DNA from: Chiloscyllium plagiosum
Taxonomy: Eukaryota
Length of the DNA: 64,000 bases
NCBI RefSeq assembly: GCF_004010195.1
Contig: NC_057719.1
Span: 70,668,692-70,732,691, forward strand
Reading direction: 5' to 3'
In this document: positions 62,973 to 64,000 of the stretch, in pieces
Position numbering within the stretch: position 1 is the stretch's first letter
Layout of the letters: every line of letters starts with the position of its first letter
Translations under genes and position numbers: made by a program
Notes under the pieces: generated by a model
Seen by the model: the letters and a program-made list of their open reading frames with translations, nothing else
Told to the model about the DNA's origin: nothing
The model's database searches: none

Positions 62973-64000
62973 GTCCAGTCTTTCAGATTTGAAGTGTGTT
63001 GTACTCTGGGCTATTAATAAGATGAAGTGTATGGAGATAGACTTCTTCCATCAACAGTGATATTCTGAGTTCTCCAACTCAGGCCCCAGTCCTTAATTTG
63101 GAAAGCTTTTCTTGAAGTTAAGAATCTGCTTTCTTTTGACTCCTGGAATGATTAATATCTCAATCACCATCATTCTCATCACATCAGAGAGGTCAGAAAT
63201 CTGCTCACAATGTTCTTTCTTGACATGGCCATGACTTAGATTAGGTTTGCAACTCAGGTCAGTCCCTCCCTTTCAAACTTCTTTTATTTTCCAAGAGCAG
63301 TTTAATTATCCTCAATCCTTGCTGGAGAGTACCATTTCCCACAGACTTGTATCAGATTAGAGATCATCATCTCAATGACAAGAGAATGATAAACCCGCTG
63401 AAACAGAATTGAAGATTTGCATTTTCCCTCATTTATTTCTCCAATGCATAGCCTTTGAATGTGCAGCATTAAATATATTGCACATTTAGACAAGCTATAT
63501 TTTCAATCAAGTGGTTTTAGCACACTTCTCTTGAGAGTGTAACTAATATTCTGAGGATTGTTTTTAAATGTATAAAGAGGGCATACTTGAGGAGATAGAA
63601 GGCTGAATTTACTGGAGGTGACGGTTTGATTGTTGTCCTGCCTCTCTGGGAAACTTCACTTGCTGCTGGGTCAATGCCACTAGCAGTGGATGAGACTGTT
63701 AAGTGGGGCTTAATTGGGGTGGAGGCAGCAGGGTCCCCAGTTGTTCCCTTGAATGATCTCCAACAATCAAATTTACCATGAAAGGGGATTACATTCCACT
63801 CAGAATATTTACTCTAGAAACATATTGCAATATAACAGTTCTCAAAAAATATTATTCATAACATTTCCAGAACCCAGCACATTAATGTACTTCAAAAGAA
63901 GAGCAAACTCTATAGTGCATCCGAATAAAAGTATCAGCCCAGGTCTCTCTCTCTCTATCCGCACTGCACAATATTCTATTTGTTTGATAGATTTAAGCCC

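Overview
Repeat-dense, AT-rich eukaryotic genomic DNA with two assembly gaps. It is almost certainly from a shark or ray (inference from the HE1-type tRNA SINEs and their partner CR1/HER1-type LINEs). I cannot confidently identify any intact host protein-coding gene; nearly all long ORFs in the track are fragments of CR1 reverse transcriptase, Penelope GIY-YIG ORFs, SINEs or N-runs. The window contains many CR1 LINE copies (one near full length with ORF1, one tandem pair), about ten HE1 SINEs and a TA-flanked Tc1/mariner-type MITE. It also holds two Harbinger transposase relics, probable solo LTRs and a very decayed, probably Ngaro/DIRS-type element. The most coherent system is a set of at least four Penelope-like (PLE) families whose terminal repeats carry minimal hammerhead ribozyme motifs (CUGANGA...GAAA + palindromic stem III). 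Many occur as short (150-250 bp) fold-back insertions with 12-16 bp target-site duplications, and the hairpin apex repeatedly sits at the 5' edge of the ribozyme. Hammerheads in PLEs are established knowledge; the ORF-less hairpin insertions are the part worth testing. Weaker candidates are an orphan terminal exon (29756-30079, minus), a permuted micro-copy of it, an RFX X-box, a CTCF-like site and decayed exon-like stretches. All family names and alignments are by eye, and boundaries are approximate unless a TSD or TIR fixes them.
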